From Candidatus Iainarchaeum sp. (GTDB lineage Archaea > Iainarchaeota > Iainarchaeia > Iainarchaeales > 0-14-0-20-34-12): a DNA stretch of 32,000 nucleotides. A program made the position numbers and the translations under genes. This document shows, piece by piece, positions 25,513 to 32,000 of this stretch (its first letter is position 1; each line of letters begins with the position of its first letter). The stretch spans positions 1 through 32,000 of the forward strand of contig JAUSKK010000038.1 in assembly GCA_030649345.1 (NCBI GenBank), read 5' to 3'. Below the pieces are notes generated by a model. The model saw only the letters and a list, made by a program, of their open reading frames with translations. It had not been told where the DNA came from and searched no databases.

Positions 25513-25812
25513 TGAGTATTGGCAGTAGGGTCGAATGAAATGAGACCCTACAACAGCCTACTCTCGCGGCTAGGCGAGATTGGGGACGCCGAGATCCAAA
25601 CCGCGGGAACCAAGGTTCCAGCAGAAAACTGTGGTTTTCTGTGGCCCATAAAACCTGTTGGTTTTATTTGGCCCTCAGTTTTAGGTTAATCCTGATCCCT
25701 CCTTATTTCGAGGTTAAATCGGCGGACCAATTTTTGATAACAACATAAAATCAATGATTTTATGTGTCCCGCAAAATCTTTGATTTTGCTTGGAAACTTT
25801 TTTTAAAAGTTT
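25513..25812 (-). other. hairpin-rich noncoding tract with a 16-nt duplicate of the tRNA-Trp 3' end
   Basis: No credible ORF is present. Consecutive perfect stems are GTAGGGTC/GACCCTAC (25525-25551), TCTCGC/GCGAGA (25561-25578), GGAAC/GTTCC (25606-25619), CAGAAAAC/GTTTTCTG (25622-25641), ATAAAACC/GGTTTTAT (25648-25667), ACATAAAATCA/TGATTTTATGT (25743-25765) and GCAAAATC/GATTTTGC (25771-25789). TTGGGGACGCCGAGAT at 25580-25595 repeats 25812-25827. Confidence 0.35.
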
Positions 25813-26084
25813 TGGGGACGCCGAGATTTGAACTCGGACCAAAAGGTAACTTCTCAGATCAATTTTTTGTTTTGTTTGCCTTTTTTTATATCATCGTTCT
25901 TTTCAGAACTCATCACGCAACAGTTTTTTTCAGTACTGTGCTGCTGTAGTGAAACGAAAGCACAATTAAAACGAACACGTTTTAATGTGCATTAAACCAT
26001 TATGGTTTAATTGCAGCACGTTCGACCAACCGGAACCCCGGTTGAGCTGGAGCCTATTGCGCTGCCAGGTTACGCCACGTCCCC
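25813..26084 (-). tRNA. tRNA-Trp (anticodon CCA) with a 199-nt intron (25848-26046) at position 37/38
   Basis: Exon 1 (26084-26047) is GGGGACG TG GCGT AACCTGGCA GCGC A ATAGG CT-CCA-G. Exon 2 (25847-25813) is A CCTTT TGGT CCGAG TTCAAAT CTCGG CGTCCCC A. The acceptor and T arm are perfect. The anticodon stem has 4 Watson-Crick pairs plus one U-U, and the variable loop is only 4 nt. The BHB is less canonical than in tRNA-Pro. Confidence 0.75.
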
Positions 26085-26201
26085 ATATCATACCCTTCGG
26101 GTACGATACCTCCTGTTGTAGAATCTTCGCTATTGCTCGATTCTACGTTAGGATACCTCCTTTGTTGAGATAATTATGTGTGTTAGAATTTGTTTTAAAT
26201 C

Positions 26202-26942
26202 CTATTGGATAATGGTTGCCTGGTTTAAGCAGTTAAAGTTTAACTGATTTTGAGTTATGTTTTCTTGAATATTTAAAAGTTTTAAGGATGAAGTTATGTT
26301 TTGGTCTAAGGCAATTTTTTCTAAATCCAATTGAACCAATCTGTGGTTTTGGTGGTCAAATAATGCTGTGCCAGTCCATTCTTCAGTTTCTGTTTTTTTT
26401 GCAAGCATAATTTTTAAAACAGGAATTTGTGCTCCATTAAAGTCAGCTAAAATTTCTTCTTTTAATGCATAGTTGACTGAATTAAATTTCCAAGTTTCTT
26501 CAATTTTAACTGAGTAAGCGGGTAAATATATTTCAACAGATTGAATGTTTTCTTTGCGGATTTCTCCATTGGGGTAAAATTGAATTAAATAGTCTTTTGT
26601 TTGAGGTGTTAAACTTCCGCAAATATTAAGTATATTTGTTTCTAAATACTCTGCTTCGCTTCCAATCAGCAATCGATTTGCGTCTGTGGTTAAAATTTCT
26701 AAGGTATTTGGATTTCCAATCAATTTAGGAATTCGGTTGAATTTTTTGATAATGGTTTCCGGATCATTTTCAGGCGTTTGTATAGTTGTTTGAATTGTGT
26801 ACTCCAATACTTGATTGGGTGAAAAAGAATAATATAAAAGATATCCTTCATTTTTTGGAGATTCTATGTATTCGGTTTTAATGCAGCCGCTGCTAATTAA
26901 AAGAATTCCAATAATTAAAATCCATTGAAATTGGTTCTTCAT
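26202..26942 (-). CDS. putative lipoprotein / secreted protein
   Basis: The 246-aa ORF has an N-terminal signal peptide with a lipobox-like LLISSGC. No family was recognised. Confidence 0.5.
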   Translation of the reverse strand: MKNQFQWILIIGILLISSGCIKTEYIESPKNEGYLLYYSFSPNQVLEYTIQTTIQTPENDPETIIKKFNRIPKLIGNPNTLEILTTDANRLLIGSEAEYLETNILNICGSLTPQTKDYLIQFYPNGEIRKENIQSVEIYLPAYSVKIEETWKFNSVNYALKEEILADFNGAQIPVLKIMLAKKTETEEWTGTALFDHQNHRLVQLDLEKIALDQNITSSLKLLNIQENITQNQLNFNCLNQATIIQ

Positions 26943-26966
26943 AATTTATTTGTTTCCGATGTTTTT

Positions 26967-27650
26967 TTATTTGTTTTTCATTTGTTTGGCTATAGTGTAC
27001 AATGAATTGAGTTCTTTTTCAGTTAAAGGAACCCGATTCAGTAAAGCTTTAAGTGTTTCCAGTACTCCTTGAGGGTTATCAATTTGTTTTGCTTTTTTTA
27101 TTTTTTCAACAAATTGATTGAATACATTTTTTCGATTTTGGGATGTAGCTGTCTTTAAAACAGTTTTTTTGGGTTCTGCAAAAAATGCATACAAGGTTAC
27201 AGCCACGGCATGGCTGATGTTTAAAGAAGCATATTTGTGTGAAGTTGGAATGGTCATAATTAAATCGCATTGTTCGACTTCGGAGTTGGTTAATCCAGAG
27301 CTTTCTCTTCCAAACACCAATCCTAGTTTTAGGTTTTTGGAATTAAATTTTTTTACAATTTGTTTTAACGGCAAAGCTGTTCGGGTAAATTTTTTTTCAG
27401 AAGTAATTCGAGCAGTAGCTGCAATTGAATAATCCAATCCCTGCAATGCTTTTTTGAGATTTTGGGTTGTTTTGCTTTTTTTTAATACGTCTTGTGCATG
27501 CATGGCTCGGCTAATGGCTTTGATATTATTTTTATTGGCTTTGGGTTTGACTAAAAATAATTCAGTGACTCCAAAATTTTTGCAAACCCGGGCAATGAGT
27601 CCTAAATTTTCTTCGTATTCTGGTTCAACCAATATAATCCGCAAGCTCAT
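26967..27650 (-). CDS. trmJ: SPOUT (SpoU/TrmJ-type) RNA 2'-O-methyltransferase
   Basis: The 227-aa ORF has LRIILVEPEYEENLGLIARVCKNFG, FGRESSGLTN and IPT...SLNISHAVAVTLY, which are SPOUT motifs 1-3 in the TrmJ-like arrangement. Confidence 0.7.
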   Translation of the reverse strand: MSLRIILVEPEYEENLGLIARVCKNFGVTELFLVKPKANKNNIKAISRAMHAQDVLKKSKTTQNLKKALQGLDYSIAATARITSEKKFTRTALPLKQIVKKFNSKNLKLGLVFGRESSGLTNSEVEQCDLIMTIPTSHKYASLNISHAVAVTLYAFFAEPKKTVLKTATSQNRKNVFNQFVEKIKKAKQIDNPQGVLETLKALLNRVPLTEKELNSLYTIAKQMKNK

Positions 27651-27671
27651 ACTGTTTCCATGTGAGTTAGT

Positions 27672-28109
27672 TTACATTAATCGTACAATGTCGCCGTTGT
27701 TTTCAACAACTCCAATGTCTACCAGTCGGGTTAAGGCGCGTTTTAAGTCTTCCGATGTTTTGATAATGCTGCGATCGGTTAAGTTTTTGCTAAGCTGAAA
27801 GAATTCAACTTTATGGCCAGCAATGTTTTCTAAGAATTCAACTATTTTTTCTTCAACGCCCATTTGTTTTTGGTCATCAATTCCTTCCAAGAAAGTGTCG
27901 TGAATTCGTTTTTTCATTTCTTGCAAGTGTTTGGTTTCTATTTTTTTTCCAAGACTTTCAAGAGGCTTAGTAGATTGGCTTGGAAATGGTTTGTTTTCAA
28001 AGCGTTGCGGTCTAAATTTTCCAAAAGGCTTTCTTGAACTGTTTTTGGATCTAAAAGGTCCGTTAAACTTGTTTGGTTTCTTGTTTTTTTCTTTGTTTTC
28101 TCCGAACAT
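27672..28109 (-). CDS. hypothetical protein with basic low-complexity N-terminus and winged-helix-like C-terminus
   Basis: The start was trimmed to ATG 28109; the ORF-track start at 28160 is TTG and lies inside the repeat. The C-terminal LKRALTRLVDIGVVENNGDIVRL looks like a wHTH recognition helix plus wing. Confidence 0.4.
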   Translation of the reverse strand: MFGENKEKNKKPNKFNGPFRSKNSSRKPFGKFRPQRFENKPFPSQSTKPLESLGKKIETKHLQEMKKRIHDTFLEGIDDQKQMGVEEKIVEFLENIAGHKVEFFQLSKNLTDRSIIKTSEDLKRALTRLVDIGVVENNGDIVRLM

Positions 28110-28145
28110 ATGTTTTTTCCTTATTTTACCTAAATTTGGGCCAGT

Positions 28146-28284
28146 CAAGGTGCTGAACAAATAAATGGCCTATTTGACTTCTGTTTACTCCATTGGCTAG
28201 TATTCAACATCTTGGCCAAGGTGTTGAACAAATAACGTTAATTGGACTTCTTTTTACTCCATTGGCTAGTATTCAACATCTTGG
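28146..28284 (+). repeat. two tandem copies (B: 28146-28215; C: 28216-28284) of the about 70-bp inverted-repeat element
   Basis: The two units are about 90% identical by eye, for example GACTTCTGTTTACTCCATTGGCTAGTATTCAACATCTTGG against GACTTCTTTTTACTCCATTGGCTAGTATTCAACATCTTGG. Each is bounded by CAAGGTGYTGAA and TTCAACATCTTGG. The junction forms a 26-bp near-palindrome at 28203-28228. Confidence 0.75.
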
Positions 28285-28325
28285 TAAAGCTTTTTATTTT
28301 GCAAATTAATAATACATACGATTGT

Positions 28326-29654
28326 ATGAATTATAATAGTATTCTTTTGCATCGAAAATTGCTTGCAGTTTTGCTTTGTTTTCTTTTTTTGCCGTTTTCG
28401 GTCGCTGCCTACGAGCCTTTGTTGTATTTGCAGTCTAGGCCTTCTTTAGTGAATTCCGGAGAACAATTCGGGCAATATGCGGTTATTGCCTTAAGTGCAT
28501 CTTCGTATTATGTAGTTCAAGTTCATTCAGGTTTAACTTTGAGCGGTTTAATTGCTTTAAAGACCAATAAAGAAGAATTAGAACAAGGCGAAGTTTCTTT
28601 GCGTAAATTATTTCGTACTTCTGTTTTTATTTTAGAATATTCTTCGTTTAAAGAAAAATTAAAAACATCGAATCCACAAGCTTGGTTTATGAGTGAATTT
28701 CGGATTGCTGGAAATTTGGCCGATTTTTTAGAAAATGAAAAAACTGAGTTAAATATTATTTCCAGTACTTTGAATTCAAATCAAGTTTCAGTGATTGTTG
28801 CTGGACTAAAACTGCAGTTAGATCAATTGATTTCTGAAACGCAGTCTTTGAGTTCATTCATGCAAACCGCAAATCAAAACGAAGCAGAATTTTTGCAAAA
28901 TTTAGAAGCTGAAAAAGAAAGCATGCTTTTATCTGATTTGGATTCTGTGTTTGAAGCTGTATTGCAATTGGATGATTCTGCGCGGGAATATTCTTCGCAA
29001 TTATCTCAATTAAAAGCATTGATTGCTACTGCGGACACGGATGTAGATACCAAGCGTTCTTTGTCGGGTGCTGCAGATTTGCCTAGAGATTTTACTCAAA
29101 ATATTGGTGCTTGGGCCAGTGTGGTTCCAAGTTTGCAGTCTTCTTTAGACCAAGTTCAAAGCAAAGCCAATACCCAAGCCGATGTATTTGTTCAAGGAAT
29201 GGCTGTAAGACTAAAGCGCGAAAAAGCATTCAATGATCAGTTTGCAGAAGATATGCAATTGAAAAATAAAGCTGGAGAAAATTTTGCTTCTTTAAAGCAA
29301 GCCGTAGATGTTATTTTGTCTTCCAGCAATCGAAGTTTATGGAAAGAACAAGTACGTGTAAATCAATTGGCGGACAATTGGGCTAAGGCACAGTCTTTTT
29401 TTTCCACAGCTGATTATCTCAAAGCATCGGAGTATGCTGTGAAAGGAAAACAAGATGTTGTATTTATTGTTCAATCTGGTTTTATGGATTCTGCTAATTC
29501 CAAAGATGCCATTAATTATGGTTTATTGATTTCCGGCGCAGTGGTTATTTTGGTTATGTTAATTTTGGTAATATTTTTTAGAAATCGAAAAAAATTATCC
29601 GGATTAATTCAAGGCAATGGAAATGAATCGGAGTTGAATATTTATGACCGTTAA
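28326..29654 (+). CDS. surface-anchored protein (signal peptide plus C-terminal TM anchor)
   Basis: The start was trimmed to ATG 28326 (MNYNSILLHRKLLAVLLCFLFLPFSVAAYEP); the TTG at 28242 lies in the repeat. A TTTTTATTTT box lies about 30 nt upstream. The central region is Gln/Ser/Leu-rich and helical. The C-terminus has the TM segment LLISGAVVILVMLILVIFF followed by RNRKK. Confidence 0.55.
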   Translation: MNYNSILLHRKLLAVLLCFLFLPFSVAAYEPLLYLQSRPSLVNSGEQFGQYAVIALSASSYYVVQVHSGLTLSGLIALKTNKEELEQGEVSLRKLFRTSVFILEYSSFKEKLKTSNPQAWFMSEFRIAGNLADFLENEKTELNIISSTLNSNQVSVIVAGLKLQLDQLISETQSLSSFMQTANQNEAEFLQNLEAEKESMLLSDLDSVFEAVLQLDDSAREYSSQLSQLKALIATADTDVDTKRSLSGAADLPRDFTQNIGAWASVVPSLQSSLDQVQSKANTQADVFVQGMAVRLKREKAFNDQFAEDMQLKNKAGENFASLKQAVDVILSSSNRSLWKEQVRVNQLADNWAKAQSFFSTADYLKASEYAVKGKQDVVFIVQSGFMDSANSKDAINYGLLISGAVVILVMLILVIFFRNRKKLSGLIQGNGNESELNIYDR

Positions 29655-30507
29655 GTTTTTTGGAGTTTTATTTTGTTTAATTCTTTTTTCTTTTTCTGCA
29701 TTTTCGCTTTCTGTTTCAGTTCAACCGCAATTGCCGGTGTCTGTTCTTGAATTGTATCCAGACGAATTGGGCTATTTGGTTTTAACAGTATTCAATGATC
29801 AGAGTGTTTCTGTGGAAAATTTGACTTTAAATGTTTCTGCTGATCCTGGTTTAGTTTTGGTTGAAGGTTTTGAAGAAAAATTAAATCAAACGTTTCGCAT
29901 TGCAGTTCTTGCTTCGGATGAAACGAAAACTTTTTTAGTGAAAGTAAAAAATGTGTTGACTTCGGTAGACTCGTTGCCTGAAAAATTATTGGTTAATGTA
30001 TCGTATGGTGTGGATCAATTCACTAATTTTTCAGGAACTTTTATTAAACCCAGTTTGCCAGTGCTTTCAGTTAATTATGTTGTTTCAGAAGAACTGGTTG
30101 TAGGTCAGGATAATTTATTGGAATTAAAGTTTCAAAATTTATCCGATCAATATTTGGCGAATTTAGACTTTCAATTGGTTTCATTTAAAGAAGTGGATTT
30201 GAATGTAAATTCTGGTTTTTTGACAACTGTGCTGCCTTTGAGTACAAACAGTGTGCATGTTTCTGTGAATCCAGCGCCTTCGATTGAACGAGGCTTGCAT
30301 ACTTTGTTGGCTCGTGTTTCGTTTTCAGACAGCTTAGGTTTGCATGTTTTGGAAAAAACCATTTCATTTACTGTAAAAGACAAACTCACGAATTGGATTT
30401 ATTTGCCGGCCATTGGTTTGATTTTAGTTTTGATTGCTTTTGTTTTAAAGAAAAAGTTTTCTAAAAAAGAAACACTTTCTGAAGCAAGTTCTAACCAGCA
30501 TGAATAA
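29644..30507 (+). CDS. surface-anchored protein with CARDB-like beta-sandwich repeats
   Basis: The 287-aa ORF overlaps the upstream gene by 11 nt. Its signal peptide is MTVKFFGVLFCLILFSFSAFS. Two segments of about 110 aa follow the L.L.V.N.S...ENL.L.V pattern. The C-terminal TM segment is AIGLILVLIAFVL followed by KKKFSKK. Confidence 0.5.
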   Translation: MTVKFFGVLFCLILFSFSAFSLSVSVQPQLPVSVLELYPDELGYLVLTVFNDQSVSVENLTLNVSADPGLVLVEGFEEKLNQTFRIAVLASDETKTFLVKVKNVLTSVDSLPEKLLVNVSYGVDQFTNFSGTFIKPSLPVLSVNYVVSEELVVGQDNLLELKFQNLSDQYLANLDFQLVSFKEVDLNVNSGFLTTVLPLSTNSVHVSVNPAPSIERGLHTLLARVSFSDSLGLHVLEKTISFTVKDKLTNWIYLPAIGLILVLIAFVLKKKFSKKETLSEASSNQHE

Positions 30508-30522
30508 GGTTCTGAATGGATA

Positions 30523-31665
30523 TTAAAAGTATAGTTCAATAATGTCTTTATTTTGCAAAACATATTCTTTTCCAACTTTTTGTCCTTCGAATTTAGCACT
30601 GCCCCAGACTTTGGCAAATTTTAAGTTTTGTGCAATTTCTTTGTGGACAACTTTGGCCGCATATTCGACTGTACTTCCAATAGGCACTGCCAATGGAAGT
30701 TTGGCTGCATCGTCCCCTGGTCTTTTGGTGTAAATTAATATTTTTTCCAGTAATTCAAATAATTGATCTCCGAGTTTTATTTTGGTTTCAGAATCAAATT
30801 GAGTTAATTCAATAACTTGTGTTTTTTTCCGCAATTTTTGTAATTCTTCCAGATTGGTTGTTTTATGCGTTAAAACAAAAATGCCTGCTTTTTTGTAAAC
30901 AAGTTTTTCATTCAAGACTTCCAATACTTGTTCTTTTCCAATTTTTTCTTCAATTATGACTGTACAGTTTTGATACCCGTTTTGTTTAAGCAATACTTGG
31001 AATTCTTCTAAAGGCAAGCGCAAGTTTTCTTTTCCGGAAATAACCATTCCTTTAAATTCTGATTTTTGGAGTTTAAGTTTTGGTTTTATGGAATTAATTT
31101 TAATGTCAGAGTTTTCTAGTTCACTTTTTAATAATTCATATTCTCGCAATGGGCTTTCTGAATTTAGAATTATGGCCAAGGCGTCTGAGTTTCGTACAAT
31201 GCTTAACAATTCATTTCCTTGAAATTTTCCAGTACTGCTGCCTTTGACTATGGGCGGAACTTCTACCAATTGAATTAATGCTTCATGGTAGTTTAACATT
31301 CCAATTTCAGGCTTAGTGGTTGTGTAAGGATAGCTGGCAATTTCTACATTGGCATTGGTTAATTCTTTTAAGAAAGTGCTTTTTCCTGAATTCGGCAAGC
31401 CAATAATGGTGATTTGTCCGGAGCCTTCTTTTTTGACAGATAATGACTGAGAACTTGTTTTTTTGTTTTGTTCTTGCCGTTTGTCAATTTCTTCTTTGGT
31501 TTTTTTAATTCTTTTATTGAGTTCTGAAGTTAGTGTTTCAGTTCCTTTGTGTTTAGGCACAGCTTTCAGCATTTCATACAATGCAGCTAAACGTTCGTCT
31601 GCGCTTTTGGCTATGCCGAATTTTCTTTCTGCTTCAAAATATTCGTGTCCTGCATTAACTGGCAT
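30523..31665 (-). CDS. DRG/Obg-family GTPase with C-terminal TGS domain
   Basis: The 380-aa ORF has the G1 motif IIGLPNSGKSTFL, followed by PYTT (G2) and a C-terminal TGS-like IYTKRPG...VWGSAKFEGQKVGKEYVLQNKDIIELYF segment. Confidence 0.8.
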   Translation of the reverse strand: MPVNAGHEYFEAERKFGIAKSADERLAALYEMLKAVPKHKGTETLTSELNKRIKKTKEEIDKRQEQNKKTSSQSLSVKKEGSGQITIIGLPNSGKSTFLKELTNANVEIASYPYTTTKPEIGMLNYHEALIQLVEVPPIVKGSSTGKFQGNELLSIVRNSDALAIILNSESPLREYELLKSELENSDIKINSIKPKLKLQKSEFKGMVISGKENLRLPLEEFQVLLKQNGYQNCTVIIEEKIGKEQVLEVLNEKLVYKKAGIFVLTHKTTNLEELQKLRKKTQVIELTQFDSETKIKLGDQLFELLEKILIYTKRPGDDAAKLPLAVPIGSTVEYAAKVVHKEIAQNLKFAKVWGSAKFEGQKVGKEYVLQNKDIIELYF

Positions 31666-31696
31666 ACTCTAGAATTAGAATGAAAACAATTTTAAA

Positions 31697-32000
31697 CTAG
31701 ATTTTTCCGTTTTTTATTTTTTCCTGGGTTTCTGTGCTGGTTAATATTTCGTCTAATTCTTGTGCTAAACTGGCTCCGCCAAAAAGTACATATGGGTCTT
31801 TGCTGAGTTCTTGGATTTGGCGGCGGGCATTTTCTCGAAATTGAGCAATGGCTGTTTTGGATAATTGAGTTGAAGAAAGCAAACTAAGCACTGCATAGGT
31901 TTTTCCTAAATTGTATCTTGTGTGCACGCTTACTTCAAATGCTGGGCCCTTGGTTAATCCGGATCGTTCGGCTGCTTGAATTTGTGTTTTTTGTTCATTT
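31697..32000 (-). CDS. C-terminal part of an unidentified protein (runs off the window)
   Basis: The reading frame stays open upstream of the GTG listed in the ORF track, reading ...NEQKTQIQAAERSGLTKGPAFEVSVHTRYNLGK.... The gene therefore starts beyond 32000. No family was recognised. Confidence 0.4.
   Translation of the reverse strand, partial: NEQKTQIQAAERSGLTKGPAFEVSVHTRYNLGKTYAVLSLLSSTQLSKTAIAQFRENARRQIQELSKDPYVLFGGASLAQELDEILTSTETQEKIKNGKI

Noticed and set aside
25580-25640. A second tRNA gene sharing the 3' end ATCTCGGCGTCCCCA
   Set aside because: The upstream sequence (CCGCGGTTTGGAT) cannot form a T arm with CTCGG. No complementary 5' acceptor strand exists in the 25.5-25.8 kb tract. 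It is treated as a fragment or duplicate only.
26120-26170. GGATACCTCCTTT on the plus strand resembling the 3' end of 16S rRNA (GGATCACCTCCT)
   Set aside because: No other 16S-like sequence lies upstream. The match is short and occurs twice as part of a local direct repeat, so it is not an rRNA gene.
25764-26173. Two short plus-strand ORFs (25764..25949 and 25985..26173)
   Set aside because: They are antisense to tRNA-Trp and its intron and leader. They lie in a region with obvious RNA secondary structure and are judged spurious.

Overview
This is an AT-rich, gene-dense archaeal chromosome segment. Archaeal markers are S8e, Cgi121, GatD, a Dph6-like PP-loop ATPase, ATP-dependent DNA ligase, archaeal-type ProRS, a DRG-family GTPase and two tRNAs with long introns at position 37/38. 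Small genes, TATA boxes about 25 nt upstream of start codons and many orphan basic proteins suggest a DPANN-like lineage; this is inference. The centre of the window is a proline module: tRNA-Pro(UGG), proC, proA, proB and proS. It is interrupted by a same-strand tandem array of eight paralogous, very basic proteins of 164-380 aa (10505-19119). Each carries modules that resemble the DNA-binding parts of homing endonucleases (a NUMOD3-like motif and an FG[ST]Y..A...GL helical module) plus two sigma-r4/LuxR-like HTHs, with no recognisable catalytic domain. This array is my main candidate for something undescribed. Other notable items follow. (1) tRNA-Trp(CCA) has a 199-nt intron with C/D-box-like motifs. 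(2) A roughly 300-nt hairpin-rich noncoding tract (25513-25812) contains a 16-nt duplicate of the tRNA-Trp 3' end. (3) An AU-rich twin-hairpin module recurs at both tRNA loci. (4) A roughly 70-bp inverted-repeat element is present three times: over the proC 3' end upstream of the array, and twice in tandem upstream of a surface-protein operon. (5) A compact four-gene minus-strand cassette (HTH protein, TraB/Tiki-like, PIN, PRTase-like) lies next to a MazG-like gene. Several ORF-track N-termini use TTG/GTG and were trimmed to better-supported starts. All family assignments come from motif recognition by eye. No searches were run.
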